Below, piece by piece: positions 8,107 through 17,928 of a DNA stretch of 64,000 bases. The stretch's first letter is position 1. Each line of letters starts with the position of its first letter. Where the stretch lies: the NCBI GenBank assembly GCA_017965665.1, contig JAGCPN010000002.1:3479-67478 (forward strand). Direction: 5' to 3'. A program made the translations under genes and the position numbers. Below the pieces are notes generated by a model. That model was not told the origin of the DNA and did not search any database. It worked only from the letters and a program-made list of their open reading frames with translations. Origin of the DNA: Aeriscardovia sp. GTDB lineage: Bacteria; Actinomycetota; Actinomycetes; Actinomycetales; Bifidobacteriaceae.

Positions 8107-9825
8107 TTACTCTTCAGAGAGGCTCCTGCGCCTCAGGGAGCGGTGATAGGAGATGGCGAACCGGTGGGATTCGTCCCTCACTTCTTCCAAAAGCAGCAGG
8201 GCCGGGTCGGTCCTCGAGAGCACCAGTGGGTAAGGATCTCCCTCCCGCCACACTTCCTCCAACCTCTTTGAAAGGGAGCACAGGGGGACCTTTCCCCCTT
8301 TCGCCTCCCCCAGCGCCTTTTCAAGGCCCCGCCTGGCGGATTTGAGCTGCTCGGGTCCGCCGTCGACTACGATCAGGTCCGGCAGGGGAAGGTCCATTTC
8401 ATATCGCCTCTCTACCACTTCCTCGAGCGCAGACAGGTCATCTTTGTAGACGGGAAGGGAGAACTTCCTGTATCCTTCCCCATTCTTCTGCCCGTTTTCA
8501 AACGACACGCACGATCCCGCCTGCTGGCCTCCGGAAGCGGAGTTGGAGATGTCGAAGCCCTCGATAAGGAGGGGGAGGGAGGGAAGAGCTAACGCCTTTT
8601 GGAGCTCTTCGAGGGCGCTCCTGCGCGATGCCGACCTCTTTAGGGAGCTTTTTTCCAGCCTCTTTAGCCCCTCTTCGGCGTTCTTTTGCGCCTCTTGGAG
8701 AAGGGCGCGGCGGGGGCCGCGCCTGGGCACCCTAACTTCCGCCTTCCTTCCCGCAAGGGAGGAGAGCATCTGCCCTATCCCCTCCGCGCCCGCGGGGAGG
8801 AAGGGCACCAGCACTTCTTTGGGCCAGGAAGGGCGGGTGGCCGTAAACCCCTCTCCGGGGACCGAAGACCTCTCCTTTTCGAATTCAGATTGGGGGAGGG
8901 AGGAATAGAAAGAGAAAAGCAGCCGGGACAGGAGCCCTTCCCTCTTTTCCCCCTCTACAAAGTCGGCGCTCCAGCTCCTCTCCGCCCGGATGCGCCCCCC
9001 TCTCACCGACATCTGGTAGAAGTAGCAAATCCCTTCCCCTTCGGAGGCCGCAAATACGTCTTCGTCGCCCGAAGCCCTGAGGACGGAGTTTTTCTCCGTC
9101 ACCTCCTCCAGCGCCAAAAGCTCGTCTCTTACCCTGGCGGCCTTTTCAAAATTGAACTCCCCCTTCGCCTTTTCCATCTCCCTTTTCAGCCCCGCCTTCA
9201 CTTCTTCGGCCTTGGAAGGGGAGGAGAGGGTGGAAGAAAAGGCTTTGGCGATCTGCGCATACTCCCCTTCGCCCACCGCTCCCACGCACGGCCCCGAGCA
9301 CCTGCCCAGTTCGTAAAAGATGCAGGCTCTCGCGTGCGCGCGGTGCCTCTTGAAAGATTCGTCGCTGCAGGTGCGCAGGGGGAAAATCTGGGTCAGGGGC
9401 CCAAGGAGCCGGGAAAGCTTCAGGTTGGCGAAGGGGCCGAAAAGAAGCAGCCCGCGCCGCCCGGTGCGCCTGGAAATGAAGAGCCTGGGAAACTGTCCCG
9501 AAGAGAGAGCGAGGTAGGGGTAGCTCTTGTCGTCTTTGAAGACCACGTTGAACTTGGGGTCGAATTCTTTTATCCAGGAGTACTCCAGCGCCAGGGCTTC
9601 AAGCTCGTTGTCTACGACCGTCCACTCGAGGCTCTTTGCCGCCGAAACCATGCTGCGAGTCCTGGGCGGGAGGGAGGAGAGGGGCTGGAAGTAGAAAGAG
9701 AGCCTGTTTCTCAGGCTTTTTGCCTTCCCGACGTATATGACCTTCCCTTCCGCGTCCTTCCACTTGTAAACCCCGAAGGTGTCGGGGATGTCGCGCCTTT
9801 GGGGGGCCGAATCGGGATCTAGCAT
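8107..9825 (-). CDS. uvrC: Excinuclease ABC subunit C, lacking the C-terminal (HhH)2 domain
   Basis: 572 aa. Domains seen: GIY-YIG (GVYKWKDAEGKVIYVGKAKSLRNRL), UVR (FEKAARVRDELLALEEV) and the C-terminal endonuclease domain (IEGFDISN ... VRDESHRFAISYHR). The protein ends 13 aa after that motif. Confidence 0.9.
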   Translation of the reverse strand: MLDPDSAPQRRDIPDTFGVYKWKDAEGKVIYVGKAKSLRNRLSFYFQPLSSLPPRTRSMVSAAKSLEWTVVDNELEALALEYSWIKEFDPKFNVVFKDDKSYPYLALSSGQFPRLFISRRTGRRGLLLFGPFANLKLSRLLGPLTQIFPLRTCSDESFKRHRAHARACIFYELGRCSGPCVGAVGEGEYAQIAKAFSSTLSSPSKAEEVKAGLKREMEKAKGEFNFEKAARVRDELLALEEVTEKNSVLRASGDEDVFAASEGEGICYFYQMSVRGGRIRAERSWSADFVEGEKREGLLSRLLFSFYSSLPQSEFEKERSSVPGEGFTATRPSWPKEVLVPFLPAGAEGIGQMLSSLAGRKAEVRVPRRGPRRALLQEAQKNAEEGLKRLEKSSLKRSASRRSALEELQKALALPSLPLLIEGFDISNSASGGQQAGSCVSFENGQKNGEGYRKFSLPVYKDDLSALEEVVERRYEMDLPLPDLIVVDGGPEQLKSARRGLEKALGEAKGGKVPLCSLSKRLEEVWREGDPYPLVLSRTDPALLLLEEVRDESHRFAISYHRSLRRRSLSEE

Positions 9826-12680
9826 AGGGCGCGGGCGAGGTACTTTCCGGTCCAGGTGCCGGTCTTGGCCACCTGTTCGGGCGTCCCGGCCGCCACGATC
9901 TTTCCGCCTTTGTCCCCTCCTTCGGGGCCCAGGTCCAGCACGTAGTCGCAGCTCTTTATGACATCCAGGTTGTGCTCTATCACCACCAACGTGTTTTTTT
10001 TGTCTACCAGCCTCTTGAAGATTTCCAGCAGCTTCCTCACGTCTTCGGCGTGAAGGCCCGTGGTAGGCTCGTCCAAAAGGTAGATGGTCCTTCCCGTCTG
10101 CTTTTTCTGCAGTTCGGACGCCAGTTTCACCCTCTGAGCCTCGCCTCCCGAGAGGGTAGTGGCGTTCTGCCCCAGGGAGATGTAGCCCAGCCCCACGTCT
10201 TCCAGGGCCTTGAGGTAGCGGAGGATGGAGGGGATGTGCTTGAAGAAGGAGGCCGCCTCGCTAACTGTCATTTCTAGCACCTGGGAGATGTTTTTGCCGT
10301 CGTACTCGACCTGGAGGGTCTCCCGGTTGTACCTCCTCCCGCCGCAGGCGTCGCAGGTTATCTGCACCGCCGGCAAAAAGTTCATCTCTATGTTTATCAC
10401 CCCGTCCCCGTGGCAGGTCTCGCACCTTCCCCCTTTTTCGTTGAAAGAGAAGCGGCCGGGCTTGTATCCCCTCACCTGGGCCTCCGGAGTGCGGGCGAAA
10501 AGATCCCTTATCGCGTTCCAAACCCCGGTGTATGTGGCGGGGTTTGAGCGGGGGGTCCGGCCTATGGGGGACTGGTCGATATAGATGACCTTGTCGAGGG
10601 CCTCTTCTCCCTCCATCTTCCCTTCCGCCTCGTCTACCGGGATCCCGGAGCCGTTCAGGGCGTTGGCGAGGCGGGGGTAGAGGATGTCGTCCATGAGGGT
10701 CGATTTTCCGGACCCGGACACCCCCGTGATCGTGGAAAAGACCTGGAGGGGGATGGAGACGTCCAGGTGCTTTAAATTGTTCTTGTTTACGTCCTTAAGT
10801 TTCAGCCACCCTCCGGGCGCCCTGCGGGAGGCGGGCACGCAGATTTTTTTCTTCCCCGTCATGTACTGGCCCGTTATGGAGAGAGGGGCCCTCGCTATCC
10901 CCTCCGGAGCCCCGGAGTAGATTATTTCCCCTCCCCCTTTTCCGGCCAGGGGCCCTACGTCCACCAGCCAGTCCGAGCTCCTTATCGTGTCTTCGTCGTG
11001 CTCTACGACTATTACGGTGTTGTCCAGGGCCTGAAGGTTTCTGAGGGTAGAAAGCATCTTGTCGTTGTCCCTCTGGTGCAGGCCTATGGACGGCTCGTCT
11101 AGCACGTACATCACCCCGGTCAGCTTGGACCCTATCTGGTTGGCGAGCCTTATCCTCTGGGCCTCCCCTCCCGAGAGGGTGGAGGCGGAGCGCATGAGGG
11201 TGAGGTAGTCCAGGCCTATGTCCAAAAGGAATTCGAGCCTCTGGCCTATGGCCTTGAGGGCGTCTTTGGCTATCAGTTCCTGCTTTGGGGTCAGGCGCAG
11301 GTTCTTTACCCACTCCTCCTCTTCCTTTACCGGCATCTGGCACACGTCCACTATTGACTTTCCGTCTATCCAGGCCGCCAGTATTTCGGGCCGAAGCCTC
11401 TTTCCCCCGCACTCCGAACACACGGTCGAATGCATCCACTTGGAGTACCAGCTGCGGATGAGTTCGGAATCGGTCTGGGCGATCTTGCGCTCCAGCCAGT
11501 GGGAGACCGATTCGAACCCGAAGATCTGGCTCCTTTTCTGGCCCCACCTGTTCTTGACGGGAGCCCCCTGGCTAAACTCCCACCCCTTGTAGAGGATGGC
11601 CTCTCTCACATTTGCGGGGAGATCTTTCCAGGGCTCGTCCATGCTGAACCCCATCTTCCGGCTCAGGTCCCAAAGCTCCCTGGAGTGATCGGTTATCTGG
11701 TGGTTCCAGGGGTCGATTGCGCCCTCTGCAAGGGAGAGGGAGGGGTCTTTTATCACCCGGGAAAGGTCCATCTCCTCCTTGGTGCCGAGCCCTCCGCAGG
11801 AAGGGCAGGCGCCGAGGGGGGAGTTGAAAGAAAAGCTGCGCGGCTCCATGTCGAGGTCGAAGATGTGGCCGTTGGGGCACGACACCTTTTCGCTGAAAAA
11901 TTCGTCCTCGCTTTTGTCCCCCTCTTTGAACCTCGCAACTACGCTTCCGCCCGAGAGCTCCAGAGCGCTTTCGACAGAATCTGTCAGCCGGCTCCGCTCT
12001 TCGGGCTTCAGATCCAGCCTGTCTACGAGGGCGAAGACGGTGTGCTTTTCCTGCTTTTTAAGCTCCGGGGGATCGCTCGTCTTAAAGTACTTTCCGTCCG
12101 CCACCGCGCGCGCGTATCCCTTGGAGGCGAGATCGGAGAAGAGCGATTCGAATGTCCCCTTCTTCTCCCTGGCGAGGGGGGAGAGGATTTCGACTTCCCC
12201 TCCCCGCTCCAGTATTGCATCCACTATCTGTTCCGCGCTCTGCCTTCCCACTTCCTCAAAGCAGATCGGGCAGTGGGGGACGGCCACCCTCGAAAAGAGC
12301 ACCCTCATGTAGTCGTAGATCTCGGTCACGGTCCCCACCGTCGACCTCGGGTTGTGGTTGGTGGTCTTCTGGTCTATGGAAATCGTGGGGCTCAGCCCCT
12401 CTATGGAGTCCACCTTCGGCTTGGGGATCTGGCCCAGAAACTGGCGGGCGTAGGAGGAGAGGGACTGCATGTACCTCCTCTGCCCCTCTGCGCAGAGGGT
12501 ATCGAAAGCGAGGGAGCTTTTGCCGGAGCCCGAGAGCCCCGTAAAGACCACCAGCTTATTTTTGGGGATGGCCAGATCCACCCCTTTCAGGTTGTGCTCC
12601 GAAGCGCCTTTTATAACGATTTTTCTGTTTGCTTCAAGATTTGAGAGGTCCTCTATAAAAACGCCGTTTTCTTTTGACAT
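9819..12680 (-). CDS. uvrA: Excinuclease ABC subunit A
   Basis: 953 aa with two ABC modules (GLSGSGKSSLAFDT, GVSGSGKSTL; two LSGGEAQR signatures) and Cys-rich zinc modules. Its stop overlaps the uvrC start. Confidence 0.97.
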   Translation of the reverse strand: MSKENGVFIEDLSNLEANRKIVIKGASEHNLKGVDLAIPKNKLVVFTGLSGSGKSSLAFDTLCAEGQRRYMQSLSSYARQFLGQIPKPKVDSIEGLSPTISIDQKTTNHNPRSTVGTVTEIYDYMRVLFSRVAVPHCPICFEEVGRQSAEQIVDAILERGGEVEILSPLAREKKGTFESLFSDLASKGYARAVADGKYFKTSDPPELKKQEKHTVFALVDRLDLKPEERSRLTDSVESALELSGGSVVARFKEGDKSEDEFFSEKVSCPNGHIFDLDMEPRSFSFNSPLGACPSCGGLGTKEEMDLSRVIKDPSLSLAEGAIDPWNHQITDHSRELWDLSRKMGFSMDEPWKDLPANVREAILYKGWEFSQGAPVKNRWGQKRSQIFGFESVSHWLERKIAQTDSELIRSWYSKWMHSTVCSECGGKRLRPEILAAWIDGKSIVDVCQMPVKEEEEWVKNLRLTPKQELIAKDALKAIGQRLEFLLDIGLDYLTLMRSASTLSGGEAQRIRLANQIGSKLTGVMYVLDEPSIGLHQRDNDKMLSTLRNLQALDNTVIVVEHDEDTIRSSDWLVDVGPLAGKGGGEIIYSGAPEGIARAPLSITGQYMTGKKKICVPASRRAPGGWLKLKDVNKNNLKHLDVSIPLQVFSTITGVSGSGKSTLMDDILYPRLANALNGSGIPVDEAEGKMEGEEALDKVIYIDQSPIGRTPRSNPATYTGVWNAIRDLFARTPEAQVRGYKPGRFSFNEKGGRCETCHGDGVINIEMNFLPAVQITCDACGGRRYNRETLQVEYDGKNISQVLEMTVSEAASFFKHIPSILRYLKALEDVGLGYISLGQNATTLSGGEAQRVKLASELQKKQTGRTIYLLDEPTTGLHAEDVRKLLEIFKRLVDKKNTLVVIEHNLDVIKSCDYVLDLGPEGGDKGGKIVAAGTPEQVAKTGTWTGKYLARALC

Positions 12681-12763
12681 TCTGCCTTCTGTTTTTTGCG
12701 GGTTTTCGCGACATTACTTTAAAGTCTAGATTAGTTGACTTTTGCTTTTTAAGGAAAAATTTC

Positions 12764-14350
12764 ATGTCGATTACGGCAGATGCGTTGTCCATAAGCTGGG
12801 GGGCCAGGCAGATCCTCTATCCCACGTCCTTTTCCATCGGCTCAGGGGAGAAGATAGGGCTGGTGGGCAAAAACGGAGCCGGGAAGACCACGTTCGTGCG
12901 CACCCTCGTGGGGGACCTCCCGCCGGAGGGTGGAAAGGTGCAGATCCGGGGGACCTTGGGGTACCTGCCCCAGGAGACCCGGGCGGCCAACCAGTCGCAG
13001 ACGGTGATGGAGCGGATTTTGTCCGCCAAGGGCCTCTCCTCGCTCATGAGAAAGATAGAAGAGGCCCAAAGGGCGGTGGAAGAGGGGAGAGACCTTGAAA
13101 AGGACATAGCGCGCCTGGACAGGCTTTCTGAAAGGTTCGAGGCCGAGGGAGGGTGGAGCGCCAAGGCCGAAGCCTCCAAAATGGCCTCCCGGCTGGAAAT
13201 CGGAGGATATATGGACGCCCCGCTTTCGGCTCTCTCGGGAGGCCAGAAGAGGAGGGTGGAGCTGGCGAGGATCATCTTCGCCGGGGCCGACACCCTCATC
13301 CTCGACGAGCCCACCAACCACCTGGACGCCGGGGCCATAGAGTGGCTGACCGAAAAACTGAAAGACTTCGGGGGCGCCCTCCTTCTGATCTCCCACTCCC
13401 AAAAGCTCTTGGATGCGTGCGCCAGCTCCATCTGGTACCTCCACGACGGGGTCTTCGACAAGTACTCTCTGGGCTACTCCGCCTTCCTGAAGGAAAGGGC
13501 GGCTGCAGAGGAGAGGGCCAGGAAGGCCAGAGAAGAGGCGGAAAAGAAAGCCGCAAGGCTTCTGAAGACCAGCTCTTCTTTGGGGGCCAAGGCCACAAAG
13601 GCCGTGGCCGCCAAGAATATGGCGAGAAGGGCTGAAAAGCTGCTGGAAGAGAGCCGGTTTGAGGCCCGGCGCGAAAAGAGCGCCAATATCCGCCTTCCGG
13701 AGCCCGAAAGGGGAGGGAGGGTGCTAGCGGAGTGCCGCTCGCTCTCCTACGGATACGGGCAGACGCCCATTTTGAAAGATCTGGACTTCACGGTGGAAAG
13801 AGATTCCAGGATCGCGATCCTCGGGGCCAACGGGGCGGGGAAAACCACGTTCCTAAAGCTCCTTTCCGGACAGATCCTCCCCGACGAAGGGGAGGCCGCC
13901 CTGGGAGAAAAGTGCAAGGTGGGATACTTTTCCCAGGAGCACGAAAACCTCGACGGGGAAAGGACGGTGCTTGAAAATATGATGTCGGCCTGCCCGAAGA
14001 TGAGCGAACAGGAGGCCCGCACGGCCCTGGGAGGCTTTCTTTTTTCAAGCGACGAAGTGTATAAAAGGGCAGGGGTGCTCTCCGGCGGGGAAAAGACGCG
14101 CCTTTCCCTGGCTTCCCTGGCGTATTCGGGGGCGAACCTGCTTCTCTTAGACGAGCCCACCAACAACCTCGACCCTGCGAGCAGGGACAAGATCCTGGAA
14201 GCGATATCGCTCTACAAGGGAGCCTGCATCCTGGTCACCCACGACAGGGGCGCTTTGGAGGCACTCCGCCCCGACAGGATTTTATTGCTCCCCGACGGTG
14301 TTGAAGACAGATGGGAAGACGATTACTTGGATCTCGTGGCGGAAGAATAG
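12764..14350 (+). CDS. ABC-F family ATPase (no membrane domain)
   Basis: Two Walker A motifs (GKNGAGKTT, GANGAGKTT), two LSGG signatures and a charged Lys/Glu/Ala-rich inter-domain linker. The start is moved from the track's 12674 to the ATG at 12764, which is preceded by AAGGAAAAA. Confidence 0.85.
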   Translation: MSITADALSISWGARQILYPTSFSIGSGEKIGLVGKNGAGKTTFVRTLVGDLPPEGGKVQIRGTLGYLPQETRAANQSQTVMERILSAKGLSSLMRKIEEAQRAVEEGRDLEKDIARLDRLSERFEAEGGWSAKAEASKMASRLEIGGYMDAPLSALSGGQKRRVELARIIFAGADTLILDEPTNHLDAGAIEWLTEKLKDFGGALLLISHSQKLLDACASSIWYLHDGVFDKYSLGYSAFLKERAAAEERARKAREEAEKKAARLLKTSSSLGAKATKAVAAKNMARRAEKLLEESRFEARREKSANIRLPEPERGGRVLAECRSLSYGYGQTPILKDLDFTVERDSRIAILGANGAGKTTFLKLLSGQILPDEGEAALGEKCKVGYFSQEHENLDGERTVLENMMSACPKMSEQEARTALGGFLFSSDEVYKRAGVLSGGEKTRLSLASLAYSGANLLLLDEPTNNLDPASRDKILEAISLYKGACILVTHDRGALEALRPDRILLLPDGVEDRWEDDYLDLVAEE

Positions 14351-14371
14351 GCCGCGGGCGAAAGAAGGATT

Positions 14372-15136
14372 ATGAACGCTTTGGAAAAGGTGGCGGCGTC
14401 TATCGACGCTTTGAAACTCAAAAATATGGACTTTGCCAAAGAGCCGCCGGGGGAGAAAAAGGGCCTGATAGAGGTGGAAGGAGGGGAGCTGCGCCCCCTT
14501 TCCTGCGTGGCCGTGGGCGACTCCATGGTCTTAGGATGCGGATGCTCCAACACCCGCTACGGCCTCGTCCCCCAGTTTTTGAGGCTCCTGTCCAAGAGGA
14601 TGAACAGGAACGTCGAGTGGGAGCTGGTGGGAAAGTTCGGAGCCACCCTCACCCGCGCGCGCTACAGGATGCTCCCTTCCCTGGAAGGGCGCCACTGGGA
14701 CATGCTGATACTCTGCGCGGGAAGCAACGACCTCATGGCCTTCAGGCCGGCAGACGAAAAATGGCAAAAGGAGCTTAAAGATTCAATAGAAATGGCCAAG
14801 GCCATGGCCGACAGGGTCATAGTCTTCTCCTCGGCCGAGGTCTACATGGTGCCGGCCTTCGGCAGATCCCTCCAGGAGCGGCTCAAAAGGGCCACCCTCC
14901 GGCAGGCGGAAGTGGCGCAGAGGGTGTGCGACGCCAACGGGGCTCTCTACGTCAACCAGACTGTGGGAACGCCCCACGGCGACACCAAGTGGTTCTGGTG
15001 CTCGGACTGCTTCCACCCCAGTTACGAGGGCTACAGAGTCATAGCCAACTGCCTCATCTCCCATTTTTCCGATTCTCAGTGCGCAGACCTCGCCTCCCTC
15101 GGGCTCGGGGATTGTAAGGTCCCAAAAGTAAACTGA
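14372..15136 (+). CDS. SGNH/GDSL hydrolase family protein
   Basis: 254 aa with block I VGDSMVLG, block III CAGSNDL and block V DCFHPS (DxxH). Confidence 0.7.
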   Translation: MNALEKVAASIDALKLKNMDFAKEPPGEKKGLIEVEGGELRPLSCVAVGDSMVLGCGCSNTRYGLVPQFLRLLSKRMNRNVEWELVGKFGATLTRARYRMLPSLEGRHWDMLILCAGSNDLMAFRPADEKWQKELKDSIEMAKAMADRVIVFSSAEVYMVPAFGRSLQERLKRATLRQAEVAQRVCDANGALYVNQTVGTPHGDTKWFWCSDCFHPSYEGYRVIANCLISHFSDSQCADLASLGLGDCKVPKVN

Positions 15137-15194
15137 ATTAACGAGTAAAACTCCTGCCGCGCCATGCGCGGCCGATAAGACCGAAGGAGGTTAA

Positions 15195-15488
15195 GTGTCT
15201 CATCCTTACGAAATGATGGCCATAATCAACCCTTCTATGGAAGAGGCCAGCGTCAAGAAGCTGATGGACCAGTTTATGACCGTCGTCACCAAAGACGGCG
15301 GAGAAGTAAAAGATATAGATTACTGGGGCAAGAGGCGCCTCGCCTATCAGATAAACGGCCTAGACGACGGCTTCTACCTCGTGGCCCACTTCTCCTGCAC
15401 CCCTGAAACCTGTGCCGAACTCGACAGGCAGATGAAGCTAAACGAAAGCGTGGTGCGCACCAAAGTCCTGCGCGAGGACAGGCGCTAA
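15195..15488 (+). CDS. rpsF: 30S ribosomal protein S6
   Basis: 97 aa with a GTG start after GAAGGAGG. Reads YEMMAIINPS...DYWGKRRLAYQI. First gene of the rpsF-ssb-rpsR-rplI order. Confidence 0.93.
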   Translation: MSHPYEMMAIINPSMEEASVKKLMDQFMTVVTKDGGEVKDIDYWGKRRLAYQINGLDDGFYLVAHFSCTPETCAELDRQMKLNESVVRTKVLREDRR

Positions 15489-16015
15489 TGCCCAACGAGA
15501 CCCCCATCACCCTGATCGGCTACCTGGTGGCCGATCCGGAGCTCAGAAGTTTTCCGAGCGGATCAAAGCTCGCATCTTTCCGCGTAGGCTCCACCCCCTA
15601 CCGCCTGGATCCTTCCACGGGCCAGAGGCAGGAAGGGGAGACCCTGTTTATGACCTGCTCGGCCTGGGGGAACCTGGCCGACCACGTCGTAAACTCCCTT
15701 TCCAAGGGCATGAGGGTGATAGTTCAGGGGAATCTGACCTCCCGCTCCTACCAGACCCAGCAGGGAGAAAAGCGCACGGCCATAGAGCTGAAAGTGTCGG
15801 ACGTGGGGCCCTCACTCATGTACGCCTCCTGCTCCGTTGCCAAGATCCCCAGGGAAGGCTTCGGGGGATCCCAGGACTACAAGGCCCCCCAGCGCCAGCA
15901 GCCGGCTCCGGCCCAGCAGCCCCCCCAGGATCCCTGGGCCGGGGGCGGCGACTATTCCTACAGCGGGGGCATGCCAGACAATCCCATGGGCATAGATGAA
16001 GATCCGGGGTTTTAG
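15488..16015 (+). CDS. ssb: Single-stranded DNA-binding protein
   Basis: 175 aa with an OB-fold N-terminus, a Gly/Pro/Gln-rich linker and an acidic tail ending DEDPGF. TAATG overlap with rpsF. Confidence 0.93.
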   Translation: MPNETPITLIGYLVADPELRSFPSGSKLASFRVGSTPYRLDPSTGQRQEGETLFMTCSAWGNLADHVVNSLSKGMRVIVQGNLTSRSYQTQQGEKRTAIELKVSDVGPSLMYASCSVAKIPREGFGGSQDYKAPQRQQPAPAQQPPQDPWAGGGDYSYSGGMPDNPMGIDEDPGF

Positions 16016-16030
16016 AGAGAGAAGTTAAAA

Positions 16031-16273
16031 ATGTCTAGAAGAATGCAGTTCTCATCCAAAGTTTATAAAAAGCCGGCGAGCTTTGCTGCCATAAAGGTCG
16101 GCAAGGTCGACTACAAGGACGTGGCGCTCCTGCGCAAGTTCATATCCGACAGGGGCAAGATCCGCTCCAGGAGGATTACGGGCGTCACTGTCCAGCAGCA
16201 GCACAAGATTGCAAACGCCATAAAGAACGCCAGGGAAATGGCGCTCCTGCCCTATTCCGCTTCTACCCGGTGA
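16031..16273 (+). CDS. rpsR: 30S ribosomal protein S18
   Basis: 80 aa reading [26 protein letters not shown]. Confidence 0.93.
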   Translation: MSRRMQFSSKVYKKPASFAAIKVGKVDYKDVALLRKFISDRGKIRSRRITGVTVQQQHKIANAIKNAREMALLPYSASTR

Positions 16274-16281
16274 GGTGATCC

Positions 16282-16734
16282 ATGAGCAAGCAGATAAAAG
16301 TCATACTGACCAAAGACATACCCTCCCTCGGCTCTGCCGGACAGAGCGTGGAAGTTGCGGCCGGATACGCCAGGAACTTTTTGGTTCCCGGTGGAATGGC
16401 GCAACTTTGGACCGCCAAGGCCGCAGAGAAAGAGGAAGCAGCTTTTGCCAAGAGAGATGCTGAAAGGGTTGAAAGCAGGCAGAAGGCCGCGGCCCTCAAG
16501 GATATGCTCGACGGAATCACCGTCATCATTCCCGCGAAAGTCTCCGGCAGCGGAAAGCTCTTCGGAGGAATCAGCCCTGAAGCTGTAGCCGAAAAGCTCA
16601 GGGACAAGGGGATCGAAGTGGATCCCAAGACCCTCCACTTCGATGCGATAAAGCAGACCGGAAGGTACAAGGTGGAGGCGCGCCTCTACCCGCAGATTAT
16701 CTCCGAGTTCACGGTAGCCGTTACCGAGAAATAG
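16282..16734 (+). CDS. rplI: 50S ribosomal protein L9
   Basis: 150 aa reading KVILTKDIPSLGSAGQSVEVAAGYARNFLVP. Confidence 0.93.
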   Translation: MSKQIKVILTKDIPSLGSAGQSVEVAAGYARNFLVPGGMAQLWTAKAAEKEEAAFAKRDAERVESRQKAAALKDMLDGITVIIPAKVSGSGKLFGGISPEAVAEKLRDKGIEVDPKTLHFDAIKQTGRYKVEARLYPQIISEFTVAVTEK

Positions 16735-16768
16735 TCCTTTCCCCCCCCAATCGGGGGAATACGAATCC

Positions 16769-17272
16769 ATGAAAAGACTGATAGGCCAGCTCATCAAATT
16801 CGGAGCGGTGGGCGGAGTCGCGTTCTGCATAAACTGGTCGGTTATGAACGTGCTGCTTTTGGCCCATTTCGGCTCCATCCTAGGCGTATCGATCGGCTTT
16901 CTGGTGGCTCTGGCCTATAATTACTCGGCCAGCATGAGCCACGTCTTCGTCCACAGGCGCGACATGCCCCGCTGGACGGAGATGATGGTCTTCTTCCTGA
17001 ACTCCTTTATAGGCTTGGGGCTGAGCGACCTTATAGTTTGGATTTTTACAAACGTCATAATATCCTCCCGCCTTTCTGTAACCGACCATGCCAGGTACAC
17101 CATCTTCGCCAACGTGGGCCTGCTCGTAGCCTCGGTCATCGTGGCCGCCTGGAGCTTTACGGTAAGGAAAGTGCTCCTTGACGAACCCAGAGACGGAAAT
17201 GAGGAAAAGACGGTCTTGGCCCACAAATTGGGAACCTGGGCCAAGAAGCACACTCCAAAGGGGTGGCTATGA
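16769..17272 (+). CDS. GtrA family membrane protein
   Basis: 167 aa with four TM segments and the N-terminal LIKFGAVGGVAF motif typical of GtrA-like proteins. Confidence 0.65.
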   Translation: MKRLIGQLIKFGAVGGVAFCINWSVMNVLLLAHFGSILGVSIGFLVALAYNYSASMSHVFVHRRDMPRWTEMMVFFLNSFIGLGLSDLIVWIFTNVIISSRLSVTDHARYTIFANVGLLVASVIVAAWSFTVRKVLLDEPRDGNEEKTVLAHKLGTWAKKHTPKGWL

Positions 17273-17928
17273 GCAAAACCGTTTTTTATTTCATCCGCCA
17301 CGGCCAGGTGGCAAATTCCCAAAAAGTGATCTACGAGAGGCTGAGGGGATTCCCTCTCTCCCTTACGGGAATGAGGCAGGTGCGGGAGACGGGCCGCTTT
17401 CTCTCCTCCATAGACGAAGCTCTGACCGCCAGCGCCATCTACGCTTCTCCCCTGGAGAGGACGGTGCAGACCGCAGAGCTGATAGCCGAAATTTTAAACG
17501 AGAGGCGCAGCCTGGCGATACTGCCCAAGCTCAGGGTCCGGACGGACACGCGCCTCATAGAGGCTGCAAACTCCTTCAGGGGATGCAGGATGGGGTACGG
17601 ATCGGCCTCGTTTTTGCGCCCCGCAAACTGGAAGAAGTTTTTGGATCTCAAAACTCCCGGCTGGGGGGAGGACTACATAAAGATCGAAAACCGCATGCTC
17701 TCTTTCCTGCACTCTAAAATCAACCCTTTGAAAGACGACACCGTTCTCGTAGTCTCCCACCAGTCCCCCATCTGGGTCCTCAGGCATTTTCTGACCAAGT
17801 CGAGCGCGCCGCTAAATCCCCTCATGCGCAAAGTCTCCCTGGCCTCGGTGAGCAAATTCTGCATGGATTCGGCCACAGGAAAGCTCATTTCGGCTTCCTA
17901 CTTCAATCCTGCCGGCAAGATTCGCTGA
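17263..17928 (+). CDS. Histidine phosphatase family protein (phosphoglycerate-mutase-like)
   Basis: 221 aa with the catalytic RHG motif (FYFIRHGQV) and a downstream VVSHQSP histidine motif. Confidence 0.75.
   Translation: MAMSKTVFYFIRHGQVANSQKVIYERLRGFPLSLTGMRQVRETGRFLSSIDEALTASAIYASPLERTVQTAELIAEILNERRSLAILPKLRVRTDTRLIEAANSFRGCRMGYGSASFLRPANWKKFLDLKTPGWGEDYIKIENRMLSFLHSKINPLKDDTVLVVSHQSPIWVLRHFLTKSSAPLNPLMRKVSLASVSKFCMDSATGKLISASYFNPAGKIR

Noticed and set aside
12681-12763. Search for a LexA/SOS box (TCGAAC-N4-GTTCGA or Cheo box) in the divergent uvrA / ABC-F promoter region.
   Set aside because: No sequence resembling either consensus is present.
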